A stretch of 63,024 bases of DNA, filler included, from Nemertoderma westbladi (GCA_032718475.1; 4 parts of 4 records of this genome joined end to end with filler, not necessarily neighbours in it), one strand, 5' to 3'. Numbered from the whole stretch's first letter, positions 35,208-48,746 are shown. Notes: a model not told the origin generated them from the letters alone. Translations and numbers: made by a program.

Positions 35208-38023
35208 TGTGGAGGTCCGGTGGAACCGACGACGGAGTCAGTCCGTGGCGTGACGTCGGTACCGGAGCGAACCGTCCGACCGTATCCCAGAGTTGAGGGA
35301 GGATCGTGGACGGCGAGTGCTGGGCGCCCGTAGCCGGCGGAAGGAACTCGCCCGGGATGGTGAGGGGGGCACCGTAGACCAGCTCGGCGGAGGAGGTCCC
35401 CAAGTCGTCCTTGGGAGCGGTCCGGATTCCGAGGAGAACCCACAGCAACTCGTCGACCCAATCGGGGCCGGTGAGCGAGGCCCGCAGGGCGGACTTTAGG
35501 TGGCGGTGGAAACGTTCCACCAGTCCGTTTGCCTGCGGGTGGTAGGCCATGGTGCGGTGCAGTTGGGTGCCCAGCAGCTGGTTGACGGCGGATCAGAGCT
35601 GGGAGGTAAACTGCGAACCGCGGTCGGAGGAGAGATCCGCGGGGATGCCGAACCGAGATATCCAGTTGGAGATGAGAGCCCGGGCGCAACTCTCGGTGGA
35701 GGTCTCGGTGAGGGGCATGGCCTCTGGCCACCGAGTGAACTGGTCTACCATCGTCAGCAGGTGAGTGAACCCGCGCGATGGTGGTAGAGGGCCGACCAGA
35801 TCCACGTGGATGTGGTCAAACCGGCGGTGGGGGGTGGCGAAGGTGCCGAGGGGCGCGCGGACGTGGCGTTGCACCTTGGAAGACTGGCAAGGGATGCAGG
35901 TCTTCGCCCATTCGCCCACCTCTTTGCGGAGGCCGTGCCACACGAACCTGTCAGCGACGAGTTTCTTGGTGGTACGAGCGCCGGGGTGAGACAGGCCGTG
36001 TAGGGCGTCGAAGATGCGCCGTCGCCAGGCGACGGGGACGACGGGGCGCGGGTGTCCGAGAGAAACGTCGCAAAGTAGAGTGGCGTTGGCGGGGGCGAGC
36101 GGGACGTCTTCCAGTTGGGGGCCGGACACGGCGGAGCGGTAGGTTGGCAGCTCGGGGTCGGCGAGTTGGGCAGCCGCCATAGCCGTTTAGTCGAGGGCAC
36201 GGAGGAGGGTTCGAACCGCGCTGACGGTTGTCCTGGAGAGCGCATCCGCCACACAGTTGTCTTTGCCGGCGATGTGTTCGATCGCCGTGGTGAACTCGGA
36301 AATGTAGGCGATGTGCCGTTGTTGCCGATTCGACCACGGGTCGCTGATCTTGGTGAATGCGAACGTCAGGGGTTTGTGGTCTGTGTAGGCGGTGAATACG
36401 CGGCCCTCCAGGTAGTACCGGAAGTGGCGAACAGCGAGGTACAGCGTGAGGAGTTCCCGGTCGAACGCGCTGTACTTCACCTCTGGGGGGTCGAAGTTGG
36501 CGGCTGAAGAACGCCAGGGGGCGCCACGAGTCGCCGACGAGCTGTTCTAGAATGGCGCCCACCGCCGTGCCGGATGCGTCCACGGTGAGCGCCGTCGGTG
36601 CATTGGCGTTGGGGTGGGCAAGCATCGTGGCGTTGGCGAGGGCTTCCTTGGTGTTCCGGAATGCTGCCGCCATGTCGGGGGTCCAGTCGAGGGACTTGGG
36701 TTTACCGGCAAGGGCCGCGTAGAGGGGCCGCATGATGGCAGCGGCCGCGGGGACGAACCGATGATAGAAGTTCACCATCCTCACGAACTCCTGCAGGCCC
36801 TTGACGGTGGTCGGCTGGGTGAACTCCCGGATGGCGGCGACCTTGTCGGGGAGCGGGACGGCGCCGTGGGCCGAGATTCGGTGGCCGAGGAAGTCGATGG
36901 TCGACTGACCGAACTCGCACTTGGCGAGGTTGATCACGAGGCTGTGTTCTTGGAGGCGCGTGAAGAGCTGACGGAGGTGGTCACGGTGTTCCTTGGGGGA
37001 CCGACTCGCGACGAGGACGTCGTCTAGGTAGACGAAGAGGAAGTCGAGTCCCTGGCACACCGTGTCCATCAGTCTCCGGAAGGCCTGGGCCGCGTTCTTC
37101 AGCCCGAATGGCATTCGAAGGAATTCAAACAGGCCGAACGGGGTTATAACCGCGGTCTTGGCGATGTCGGCCTCGGTTACGGGGATCTGGTGGTAGCCGC
37201 GCACCAGATCGATCTTAGAAAAGATCTTCGCCCCAGCCAGTCTGGAGGAGAAGTCCTGGATATGGGGGATGGGGTATCGGTCCGGAGTCGTGGCGTCGTT
37301 GAGGCGTCGGTAGTCGCCACACGGCCGCCATCCACCCGAGGGTTTAGGGGCCATGTGGAGGGGTGACGCCCAGGGACTGTTGGACCGGCGGATGATCCTC
37401 ATCTCCTCCATCTTCCGGAACTCGTCCCGCGCGATCTCGAGTTTGTCTGGAGGCAGACGACGGGTGTGGGAGTAGACCGGGGGTCCCTCGGTGGGGATGT
37501 AATGTTCGACCCCGTGTTTCGTGGTTGGGTTGGAGAACCGAGGGATCGTAATATCGGGGAACTCGGCGAGGAGCCGAGCGAACTCGTCGTCCGAGGCGGT
37601 GACAGAACCGAGGTGGGGGGCGTGGCCCATAGTCCGCCCGCACGGGATCGAGGTCAACGTCTCGGCGTCGACCAGACGGCGGCCTCTCAGGTCGACCAAT
37701 ATGTTGTTCGCTCGGAGGAAGTCGGCTCCGAGGAGAGGCTGGGCGACGTTGGCCGCGATAAACTTCCACTGGAACTGGCGGGAGTGGAAGTCGAGTTTGA
37801 CGGAGCGGTCGCTGTACGTTCGAATGTACGTTTTGTTGGCGGCGAGGAGGGGGGGCCCGCTCTGTCCCGAACGTTCCTCGCGAGTCGTCATGGGAATAAC
37901 GCTTACCTCCGCCCCGGTGTCGACCAAGAAGCGTTGCCTGGAAACGCGGTCCCAGGCAAACAGCAGCAGGTTGGTGTGGCCGGCCGTTGTAGCTGCTACA
38001 AACGGCCGGCCGGGGCGTTTCCC
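35208..38023 (-). pseudogene. pol: Pol (PR-RT-RH-IN), disrupted
   Basis: LVDTGA, YLDD, VDASG, HGLSHPG, HVDLVGPLP, SDRGSQF and YHPQANGLVERFHR. Frameshift at the G-run near 36485; stops at 36187 and 35593. Confidence 0.9.
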
Positions 38024-38700
38024 TGGTAACTGCAGGGCGGGCGGCACTTCCTGGCTGTGGGGCCGAACGTCTGGTGATAATAGCACCAGTCTGGGTTCGA
38101 GTTCGGGGCACGCGGGGCGGGAGTCGACGCCGACGATGAGTTCTTGCTGGTTCGCTGCGGCGGGACCGGCGTCGGTTTCCCTACGGCATGGGCCGCGAGT
38201 GAGGTCTGCCAGGAGGCCTCCCACAGCGCGTCGGCCCGGTCCGCAACCCTGTTGAGGTCGCGGAAGTCCTCCTCCGCGAGTTGGAGGCGGATTGCGGCGG
38301 GCATCTGCCGGAGGAAGGCCTCCTCAAAGAGGAGTCCCGCATTGTCGTCGCCGAGGAGCGCCTGCATTTCTCCGAGGAGTTGCGAGGGGCGCCGGTCACC
38401 GAGGCCATCTAGGTCCCAGAGTCGGGCTGCGCGCTCGCGTCGGGAGAGCCCGAAGGCTTTGAGAAGTTGGCCCTTGAGTTTGAGGTACTTCTCAGTAGCG
38501 GGAGGGTTCCGGATGAGTTTTAGGAGGCGAGCGGCTGTCTCCTGGTCGAGGGCCCCCACCACATAATAATATTTTGTAGCGTCCTCGGTGATGCTGCGAA
38601 TGTGGAACTGTGCCTCCGTCTGGGCGAACCACACCTCGGGTTGGGTGGTCCAGAACGGAGGCAGTTTAATAGAAACGGCGTTGGCGGTCGCTTCGCCCAT
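37996..38700 (-). CDS. gag: Gag (CsRn1-type)
   Basis: [42 protein letters not shown] and the CHCC motif. ATG at 38700, downstream of the PBS. Confidence 0.85.
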   Translation of the reverse strand: MGEATANAVSIKLPPFWTTQPEVWFAQTEAQFHIRSITEDATKYYYVVGALDQETAARLLKLIRNPPATEKYLKLKGQLLKAFGLSRRERAARLWDLDGLGDRRPSQLLGEMQALLGDDNAGLLFEEAFLRQMPAAIRLQLAEEDFRDLNRVADRADALWEASWQTSLAAHAVGKPTPVPPQRTSKNSSSASTPAPRAPNSNPDWCYYHQTFGPTARKCRPPCSYQGNAPAGRL

Positions 38701-39150
38701 TGTCGTCAACACAGTTTCGGTGGCTGTTCCAGTTCGATTGCAGGATCGTGTTGCGAGTCGCGGTCTCAAGAGTTCGTCTTGAGACACTGGGTCACCAATG
38801 TAGTGATGGGTTCTAGCCACGAAATGAAAACTTATCAAAACTCAAGTTCGAGTCTTTGCTGAAGGCATACTGCAGTACAGTCGTACAATTCTGTAGGTCG
38901 GCCTAATAACAGAATACGTTATTCTCTAGGGTTGCTAGGTAACCGTAATAACAAAGTTTTGAGACTGTATATTGTATGTGGGGCTGCCACATTTTATAAT
39001 ATTATATTTCAAAAAATTTGCAATATGTAATTATGATGTTAAAGTTATTCATCAACGCAGTCATATTAGAAATCAATAATAATACAATAACATAACATAA
39101 CAATAACAATAACAATATTATAACATTAATAATAATCAATACCGGAATAC

Positions 39151-40164
39151 TTAATTATCATAAACGAACTCCAAACCAGTTCCTTCTAAGTGGTGTTTCT
39201 CCCACTGATCCATTATCGCTAGCTGTTCTTCACTAAAGTGATTCTTCCAATCTCTGACCCCACCTTTCCTTATAAACTTTCCATGAATAATATTACTCTT
39301 ATTAACAGCATTATTCTCTCTCATGTTTTTAAATGATAAATGATCTTCTAATTTAGCTATTTGCTCTTCAGCCAGGGATTTCCCTAGAAAATCAGCTGTT
39401 TTTTTAATGACCCCCGCCAGGTCTTACTTCATATCCTCAAACCTTAGGAACAACACATTTTCCCTGCCTCTAATTTTCCAGTATCCAAGGTAATGCTGCA
39501 AAGCTGGGGTATATAAGCCAGAAACATCATTGACGAAGGCGTTGAAATACACATCCCATGGTCCTGTGTATCCCATTATTTGCCAATGGTAAAACAGTGA
39601 CACACATGCGTCTCTGGGATTACGTATAATGTGAATGATTTTCGGCTGCTTTTCTCCAATCTCGTATGGGAGCATATCAATTGACAAATGTGTTTTAATA
39701 ATTCTAGGTGAAGATTTTGATTCAGCTAATTCTAAGGATGTGTTATATACTCTTGTATCGCTATCTTCGTGCAGGCAGCTATTAATATACATTTTATACT
39801 TTTCCTCACTAATTGCTTTGGAGCCCTCCAAAAACGGGACCCTTCTCTCTAAGTCAATCTTTTTGGCAAGTTCGGTATTAACGTCATTCATAATACACCA
39901 AACCATATCTTTTGTCCATGTTGTACCACATTTGGGAAAAGTACAAATCCAGACATCATCAAGTCGCACAGGAAATTCAAATATTTTCTTTTGATATTCT
40001 GTTGTGTATATTCTGGCAAGAACTTGTCCACTTGGTTGGAATTTAACTAACCCTGGAAAGGCAGTAGTACCTGTACCGGTAAAATTATTTGTAAATTATT
40101 TTATAAGATTTTCTTCAATTTCTTCTGTCCAGACCTCACTTTTGCGAGTTGAGAAAGAAGCCAT
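39151..40164 (-). pseudogene. Intronless cytosolic sulfotransferase (SULT) pseudogene
   Basis: TFPKCGTTW (5'-PSB), IIKTHL, RNPRDACVS (3'-PB) and FIRKGGVRDWKNHF in one frame from ATG 40164 to TAA 39151. In-frame TAA at 40096-40098 and 39424-39426. Confidence 0.85.
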
Positions 40165-40789
40165 GTACAAAATTGTTATTGATTAAATATAATTTTATAT
40201 ATCATATAATTAGCCTATTTTTAATAGAATCCAATTACGAACTAATAATACAGTTTTTTTCCTTTTCCCTTCAGTTATTTTTCGGTACAGAAAATAATTT
40301 ATTTATTTATTTATTTTAATCAGCCATTGTATTAATTAGTTGATTCCCTGCAAGGCATAAAGTAAAAAAGAAATAAAAAAAAATAATAATATGTAAAATC
40401 ATCCACACAGAGAAAAACTGCATCATAATATATTCCTTTGTCCAGAAATGTACTTTACTTTACATGCATACAGTATGGGGAGTACATACAGTAGATTATA
40501 AATAAGCAATAATATAAAACAATATAATAATTTTTAAGCGTTAATTATTAATAATAAATAATATAATATATGATAATAATAATAATAATTATTTTATAAA
40601 GTAATACCATAATTATCAATATAATAAAAATAATACTAAAATTTGCACTGTACACAATTGACTATTAATTACAGTTGGATGTTTTATTTTTTATATTTTT
40701 ATTTTAATATGTTTAGAATTTAATAGTCAGTATTGGGTGGCTATTTGGCTATTGGGTGGTCTTGGCCGCGTAGCCCCGCACCTTCCCCG

Positions 40790-41190
40790 AAACCATAAGA
40801 CACGCCAGCTGCGTCCAAATCCACGGAGGCACAAAGAACTGTACCGGAGGAGGGCGAATTGAAGTCGAACAACCCCCCGGCACACATGCGAGACCCCTCA
40901 CGCATTCCCTCGCGCTTAGCAACGAGGGTCTCCGCGATGTTGGTGATGAGTATCTGTGCCTCTCGGCACCAGACCCCATCCGTTACGTACCAGCAAGTGG
41001 GGTGAACGCCATCCTCCGTTCCTCGTTGATGGCGCGGTAGTGGCGCTGTTTATTGCGACACGGTGCTCCTCTGGGATGGAGTCAATCGAGCGGTTTGAAT
41101 GGGCGTAGGAGGTGGAGTCAGCGTTTACGAACGCAATGTAAAACGACGCCACCGTTTGTAGAGCCCAGACCCAGCGCGCAACCATATCGG
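40790..41190 (-). mobile_element. CRE-clade-like non-LTR retrotransposon, C-terminal restriction-like endonuclease fragment
   Basis: GC-rich island. Across frameshifts it reads DMVARWVW..VNADSTSY..AINEERRMAFTPL..TDGVWCREA..IAETL..RLQFALLRYSSLCLRG. Flanks are TAA/ATT-rich. Confidence 0.6.
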
Positions 41191-41480
41191 CACTATCATA
41201 ATTAAATTATTACTTATTAAGTTTATATTATATTATATATATTTCACTATTATACAGTCCTACTGTATATAATGTTGAGTTCAGTAGTGATACAGTGATA
41301 CAGTACAATAGGCCCTTACGCAATATTATATATTAATAATAGTAGTAAATACTACAACAAATAGTTCATCAACTTCGTTGTCTAGGGAACCTTTTTAAAA
41401 CAAATGTAGATGGAGCCATTGTTTGATGAGATAATGTACCTGCAATCAAAGGCAAATTATAATTATATTTGGCATGCATT

Positions 41481-41850
41481 TATATTTGGAACAGTCGCAT
41501 GGTGTGTAGTTACATTTGGAACAGTCGCATGGTGTGTAGTTACATTTGGAACAGTCGCATGGTGTGTAGTTACATTTGGAACAGTCGCATGGTGTGTAGT
41601 TACATTTGGAACAGTCGCATGGTGTGTAGTTACATTTGGAACAGTCGCATGGTGTGTAGTTACATTTGGAACAGTCGCATGGTGTGTAGTTACATTTGGA
41701 ACAGTCGCATGGTGTGTAGTTACATTTGGAACAGTCGCATGGTGTGTAGTTACATTTGGAACAGTCGCATGGTGTGTAGTTACATTTTGAACAGTCGCAT
41801 GGTGTGTAGTTACATTTTGAACAGTCGCATGGTGTGTAGTTACATTTGAA
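41481..41850. repeat. 30-bp minisatellite, ~12 copies
   Basis: Unit TACATTTGGAACAGTCGCATGGTGTGTAGT. Confidence 0.97.
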
Positions 41851-42712
41851 TACCACCTGATGTATTGGGGTCTATTTTGTTTGTAGAATATGTTCTATTG
41901 AATGGTTTAATCATTTTCTTTCGCTCATTAAATCATATAATGTTTAGTTCACCACCAACAAGAATCCTCCACCATCGATCTAGTCCATCTTAATACTGCC
42001 CCATCTAGGGATCGAAGCAGGGCCTTCGGATTGGAAGCTCAGGAATGTAACCGCTGTTGTTAGGACTAGATTTGGTACTGAGTGTTTCGGGTAGGGCTGG
42101 TTAGTGGTTACAGGGTTTATATTAATGTAGACCTAGTAATATACACGCATTGCATAAATATACAAGCATTGTATATCATTCACAGTATATATAATCTTTA
42201 TGCTTACAGTACAATAGGCCATGCAAACACCATCTCAGAACTACTTTTTGCTAACTAGTTAGCAAACAGACTTAATTCTTGTTAGATAGAACTTAATCCT
42301 CCCACATCGATCTCTTTTCCCTTTCCAGCATTTCTCCTATCCAATGCATCTGCAGTATGGCGCCAAGGTATCTGCTGCTCAACTCCCACTTGTAGTTGAA
42401 CTCAATGCGCGTAGGCTATATAGCAGTAATGTTTTAACATCATACATGCTATATAATATTCTGAATATTTGTCCTTGCATTTAATAGGACATTTTTAATT
42501 TTAATTTGAATTAATTTAACATTTATTAATTAATTAAATTCTGTAAGAAAAATTGTATTCAATTCTAGGCCAGCAGTACATGCAATACTACAATTCGGTA
42601 TGATTATTATCAGTAATAACTATTTACATACTTGTGATGATCCGAGTGCTTTATTACACGAACGAACGTTAGTGAGTGAGGGAAAATAAAGTCACGAGGA
42701 TCAGAACACTGC

Positions 42713-42871
42713 AATAACTATTTACATACTTGTGTGTAAAGTCGCACTTTACAGTGTGATGATCCGAGTGGCTTTGTTACACGAACGAACGTTAGTGAGT
42801 GAGTGAAAATAAAGCCACGAGGATCAGAAAACTGTGAAGTACTTTGCAACAAGAATATATGTAGTTTTATT
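42713..42871. mobile_element. ~160-bp palindromic MITE-like element (copy at 47067-47231; partial copy at 42615-42712)
   Basis: Ends AATAACTATTTACATACTT and AAG(T/A)AT(G/A)TATGTAGTTTTATT. Inner inverted repeat TGATCCGAGTGGCTTT / AAAGCCACGAGGATCA. Confidence 0.65.
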
Positions 42872-43256
42872 CCATAATTGTAACATTACGAAATGATTGT
42901 ATATATATATATAGATATAATGTATCAAATACGCCTTTCTTATATATGATATTGGTTCAGATCGCAGTTAACAATGCGCAATAAATATAAAAAATGACGA
43001 ATAAACAAATTATGATTAAAAATGAATTTTCTAAAAAGGGATTAGTAGGAAATGCACCATAAATGAAAAAATTGTGAAGCTAATAATATAATACTGTAAA
43101 ACCAATAAATTTTATTTAAAAATAGAACATTATTTTAACTCCTTCCATAGAAATGGCGTTAAACAATCAACTACATTATTTTCACTCCCTTTGACAATGT
43201 TTTCACTGCAAATTTAGCTATTGAATTCATAGAATGTGATTTGTAATTACAATGGA

Positions 43257-46200
43257 GTGGAGCCCCAGTGGGGGAAGGAACGGCTGATGAAACGAACATA
43301 TGTGTGACCAGTAAACATCCACTGGGAAGCAGCACCGAAAACTTGCGCCAATCACGTTTCTGCATTGAAGTATTGGTATGGCTGTATGTTATGACGGATT
43401 GTTGAATGTCTAGGTACGCCCTACAAGTAATAATGACAGGGTTTTAATGTGGTTCATGTTAAGGTTAGGATAAAGGTTCGTATTATGCGGTCAGACAATT
43501 TTAATGATAGGGGTTTTCTCAACAATTTACATTTATTATATTTGCCGGCTTCTCTGTTTATTGCATTTCTACTAAGTATATTCTGGCACACGAACAACAA
43601 GAAACTTGTCTCAATTTGTAATATTTACGAACATGTATGAAACGCCAATTTTGTTATAAAATATTCACATGCGCCAGAAGCTAAATATGTTAACAATTTG
43701 CCAATGTGGTTACTACAAGTCGACATATCGTCAGGGTATATGTAAAACGGTCTCAATACGCCCAGAGTAATGTTATGATTCAGTTTTGCAGATAGGGGGG
43801 GGAACTGGACGCAATAAAATTTCATCCCTCTCCAGGGGAAATTCGACGCAAATAACAGCTAATTTACTCTCCAAAAGAAAACTGTAAGCTTTTCTATTTT
43901 GTTTAGTTTATTGTTTTGGTTAAAATAACGTTTCACTGTAACCTGCTCCTTTCCCTAAATTGAGAATTTAACATTGAGGCGGGATATTAATTCGCCAAGG
44001 CGGGTTTTGCTTCCATTTCCCCCCCCCCCCCCCCCCTTTTTCGTTATCGCTGTTATGGTTTCATGTAAGGGTTCTGTTTCAAGATACAATTATGATTCGG
44101 GTAGTGCTTTAGATCTCTCAAGGTCACAGTGAGGTAAAAATGATACCGATATGGTTTTATCCATGATTTAGTTATGGTCCATGTTATGGTTCAGATTAAC
44201 CCTTTGCGTACCAATACTTAAAAAAGGCGGCACACTTCCTCAATTTTCATTCTAAATAATTCAGGACCATGCTCCTAAAGGCGGCAGTGTGCGCCTTTAT
44301 ATAATTATAACTTCACCCCCGGGCGGCAGGGTGCCGCCTTTATTTAAATGCTCTTATAACTTTCTTATAACTATTGAGGAAGAAAAATGGAGTTCATATT
44401 CGTGATGGGCGGCAGGAAAAACTGGTCTAGAAAAGTTAATTTAATTTTGCTTGAAGGGATTCCTATTGGTTTGAGGGTAATATATTACATTACATAATTT
44501 ATGCAATTTAATTTCAATTTAACCCATAATATTCTTACAATTGATTAAGGCGGCATTGTGCCGCCCATGGGGTTCAAATGAAGGATTTAAAAATTCAGAA
44601 AATGGTTAAAGGCGATAGTTACATATTTTTCGTTGAGTCGGAGAATTGTCTCGCTCTCGTTAAAGTTGTACGTGAGTTTAATTTCGTTTAATATTAAATT
44701 GTAATGTACATAGTTAAATCTTTATCGTTGAGTCGTACTATTCTCACGTTCTCGGTAAAGTTGTACGTAGTGTAATTACGTTTTATATTGGTTTTAGGTT
44801 AGCATAGTGTAATATTGTATTTGTAACCAAGTAACATAAAGGACCCCCTTGGAAATAAGCAGCAAAGCTTTAGGGGTAAACCTATAGGCTACAGTATGTT
44901 GGACAATACCTATATGCATTATTTGGTGCATCTGTTATTGATTTTTACATGTATAAATAAATCTATCCATTTGTCTTATTCATTTGTTTTATATGGGACG
45001 CCAATTTAGATGTAAAAGGTTTACAATGTGCCAACTATAAATATGTGAACAATTTGCTAATTTCGTGAATAAAAGACTACATAACGCCAGTATGTATGTA
45101 AAATAGTTCTATTTCGCCAAAAGTGACGATAGACAATATGATCTTATTGTGTGGTTCTGCTTAGGTTCTGGATACGACATGGTTCATTGTGTGTCTTTGA
45201 GGGATGATTCTGTTTTGCGTTATAAAGTAAAGTAAAGTAACGTAAAAGTAAATTTTCTATGTGAGGATCGAACCCACGACCTACGGGAGATGTGAATTCA
45301 ATGCAACCACTACACCAAGGTGGAACCTAATCTGGTTGAGTATTTTAGTCAGCACAGACTCGTCTTCATTACAACTATCATTGCACTCGTTCAATAAGCC
45401 TGCGTTCACCAAAATAAATGGGCTGGTCCAGACCGACCCCAATAAGCTAAACTTGGTGAATGCAATCACTGATCAACTGACGGCAGCCATCTGATCGGTA
45501 GGTTTCTCCTCACGATTGAAGACATTCTCAAGAGGCAGGCCAAGAGATGACATTAAGAGTGGAGCCCCAAAAGGGATGGAACGGCTGATGAAACGAACAT
45601 ATGTGTGAACAGTAAACATCCACTGGGAAGCAGCACCGAAAACTTGCGCCAATCACGTTTCAGCATTCAAGTATTGGTATGGGTGTATGGTATGACGGAC
45701 TGTTCAATGTCTAGGTACGCCCTACAAGTAATAATGACAAGGTTTTAATGTGGTTCATGTTAAGGTTAGGATAAAGGTTCGTATTATGCGGTCAGACAAT
45801 TTTAATGATAGGGGTTTTTATTATATTTATTATATTTTCCGGCTTCTCTGTTTATTGCATTTCTACTAAGTATATTCTGGCACACAAACAACAAAAAACT
45901 TGTCTCAATTTGTAATATTTACGAACATGTAATGAAACGCCAATTTTGTTATAAAATGTTCGGCATGCGCCAGATGCTAAATATGTAAACAATTTGCCCA
46001 TGAGGTTATTAAAGTCTACATATCGCCAGGTTATACAGTATGTAAAATGGTTTCAATACCCCCAGAGTAAGGGTATGGTTCAGTTTTGCGTTATCGTTGT
46101 TATGGTTTCATGTAAGGGTTCTTTTTCAAGATATGATTATGATTCGGGTAAGTTTTTAGATCTCTCAAGATCACAGTGCAGGTAATGATACCGGTATGGT

Positions 46201-47950
46201 TTTGTTATGGTCCATGTTATGGTTCAGATTAAGGTTTGGGTATTGGTTCAGATTATGTAAATGATGTGGCGTTCTAAACAAATTACTGTACGCTGGGCAT
46301 TCCTAAATATTACCCGCAGAATTCTGCTCAGTGAATTTTTTGGTTTCTGACATAAAAAATACTGCTACTACTACTACAAGGTCGAGCGAACTCGGACAGT
46401 GGAAATGAGATCCTTCCAGGCTTCCGAATTCTCCATAGTTGTCGCAATTTAGTTTCTCCCAAGTTTAGTATCCCTTTCAAGTTGATCTACTGTATATATG
46501 TTATGGCCGGTCGTCCACGACTACGCTTTCCATGAGTTGGTTGCCAGAGAAGTAAAACTGGTATGACCTCTTTGTCTTGGGGAAATGGTTCCGCTTTGCA
46601 TGATACGAAAAGATGTGTGACCAGTAAACATCCACTGGGAAGCAGCACCGAAAACTTGCGCCAATCACGTTTCTGCATTGGAGCATTGGTATGGCTGTAT
46701 GGTATGACGGACTGTTGAATGTCTAGGTACGCCCTACTCGTAATAATGACAAGGTTTTAATGTGGTTCATGTTAAGGTTAGGATAAAGGTTTGTGTTATG
46801 CGGTCAGACAATTTTAATGATGGGGGTTTTCTCAACAATTTACATGGGACAAGGACATTCATTTGCCGGCTTCTCTGTTCATTGCATTTCTACTAAGTAT
46901 ATTCTGGCACACAAACAACAAAAAACTTGTCTAAATTTGTAATATTTACGAACATGTAATGAAACACCAATTTTGTTATAAAATGTTCGGCATCCGCCAG
47001 ATGCTAAATATGTAAACAATTTGCCAATGTGGCTATTAAAAGTTTACATATCGCCAGGGTATATGTAATAACTATTTACATACTTACCAACGTGTGTAGA
47101 GTAGCAATTTACAGTGTAATGATCCGAGTGGCTTTGTTACACGAACGAAAGTTAGTGAGTGACTGGAAATAAAGCCACGAGGATCAGAACACTGTAAAGT
47201 ACTTTGCAACAAGTATGTATGTAGTTTTATTCCAAAATTTTAACATTACGAAATGATTGTACACATACATTATAAGTGATAGAAACTGCACAAATTATAT
47301 TAGTTGCTGTATAAAAAAATGTAAAAATGACATAAATTATGTTATAAATAAGTTAGCTTATATTTATTGCGGCGTTTGGAGCCATGTTAATAATAATATA
47401 GCTAGGCCCTACTGGTTATTAATAGATATACCCCGCCTACCGGTAGGTAATGCAGTAGGCCTATCTGGCTGTCAGGCAAATTTCCACCTATTGTTTACGT
47501 GGTATCCAATGACGGCGTTAAGTAATGTCCCCTTAGTGGACATTACTTAACGCAGTCATTTAATTTCAATTTAACCAATAATTTTGTTACAGAAAATTAA
47601 GGCGGCAGTGTGCTGCCCATGGGGTTCAAATGAAAGATTTAAAAATTCCGAAAATGGTTAAAGGCGATAGCTACTTGATTATAATAGCATGCGACTGTAA
47701 ACTGCTCATTTCCCTTAATTTACAATTTAACCCGGAGGAACCTCGAGCTCCGGCTCCGGATGAAATTTTAGTTCTGTCGCATCCCTAGTGTTTGGTATGA
47801 CGGACTGTTTAATGTCTAGGTACGCCCTAGAAGTAATAATGACAATCCTTTGATGTGGTTCATGTTAAGGTTAGGTTAAAGGTTCGTGTTATGTGGTGAG
47901 ATACTTTTAATGATGGGGTTTTTTTCAATTGTAATGACCGGTTTTTTTTT
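43257..47950. repeat. Clustered copies of a ~0.5-0.8-kb repeat (43257-44195, 45558-46350, 46600-47066, 47785-47930) with nested insertions
   Basis: Shared blocks CAGTAAACATCCACTGGGAAGCAGCACCGAAAACTTGCGCCAATCACG and TCTAGGTACGCCCTA..GTTAAGGTTAGG. Confidence 0.8.
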
Positions 47951-48017
47951 ATTTAAATGAAAGGGGTTTATTTATATGACATATATATATAAAATTACAC
48001 CTGACTTCCCCTAAATG

Positions 48018-48565
48018 TATAACTGTGGTACCAGCCTTTAGATTGGGAGGCTAGAATCAAATATACATTGGACAAGAAGATACTTTTTCAATCTATACAT
48101 TTCAAAACATATTTCAATATACAATTTCTAAAATCTAAATATAGCACAACAAATTAAAAAAATACGAATTTACCGACAGACCGAGTCCTATGAGTGAACT
48201 ATTAGGCACGCTATTTTGGTCCCTCTATGGTGTATAACTGTGGTGCCAGCCTTTAGATTGGGAGGCTAGAATCAAATACACATTGGACAAGAAGATACTT
48301 TTTCAATCTATACATTTCAAAACATATTTCAATATACAATTTCTAAAATCTAAATATAGCACAACAAATTAAAAAAATACGAATTTACCGACAGACCGAG
48401 TCCTATGAGTGAACTATTAGGCACGCTATTTTGGTCCCTCTATGGTGTATAACTGTGGTGCCAGCCTTTAGATTGGGAGGCTAGAATCAAATACACATTG
48501 GACAAGAAGATACTTTTTCAATCTATACATTTCAAAACATATCCAATTTCTAAAATCTAAATATA
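48018..48565. repeat. 215-bp tandem repeat, ~2.5 copies
   Basis: TATAACTGTGGT recurs at 48018, 48233 and 48448. Confidence 0.92.
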
Positions 48566-48746
48566 TTGCATATATACTGCTGTGGTGCCAGGCTTTATAT
48601 TGCGAGAATAAAATCCCATAGTGCCATAGACGAAAATTCCACCTCTAAATAAAACACAACGAACGCTAACACAACGAACTATAACACAATGAACGATTTA
48701 TTTATTTGGTACTGAGTTAGATACTTACTAGTTAGTTGCTTATTAG

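Larger units (their letters stand above)
35208..38991 (-). mobile_element. GC-rich Ty3/Gypsy element of the CsRn1/Kabuki lineage, 3'-truncated
   Basis: 5' LTR 38799-38991 (TGTGG...CTACA), tRNA-Trp PBS TGGTGACCC at 38789-38797, and the CHCC gag motif [18 protein letters not shown]. No 3' LTR seen. Confidence 0.9.

Noticed and set aside
35293-38862. Many overlapping plus-strand ORFs
   Set aside because: Shadow ORFs of GC-rich gag-pol sequence.
39151-40164. TAA reassignment to Gln (in-frame TAAs here and at 17551 and 36187)
   Set aside because: The 2001-codon AT-rich ORF has no internal TAA and ends in TAA. The tRNA-Gln has an ordinary CTG anticodon, and TGA stops and frameshifts also disrupt the elements.
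43280-43365. Hammerhead ribozyme (CTGATGA...GAAA), also at ~45585
   Set aside because: I could not build stems I-III around the core.
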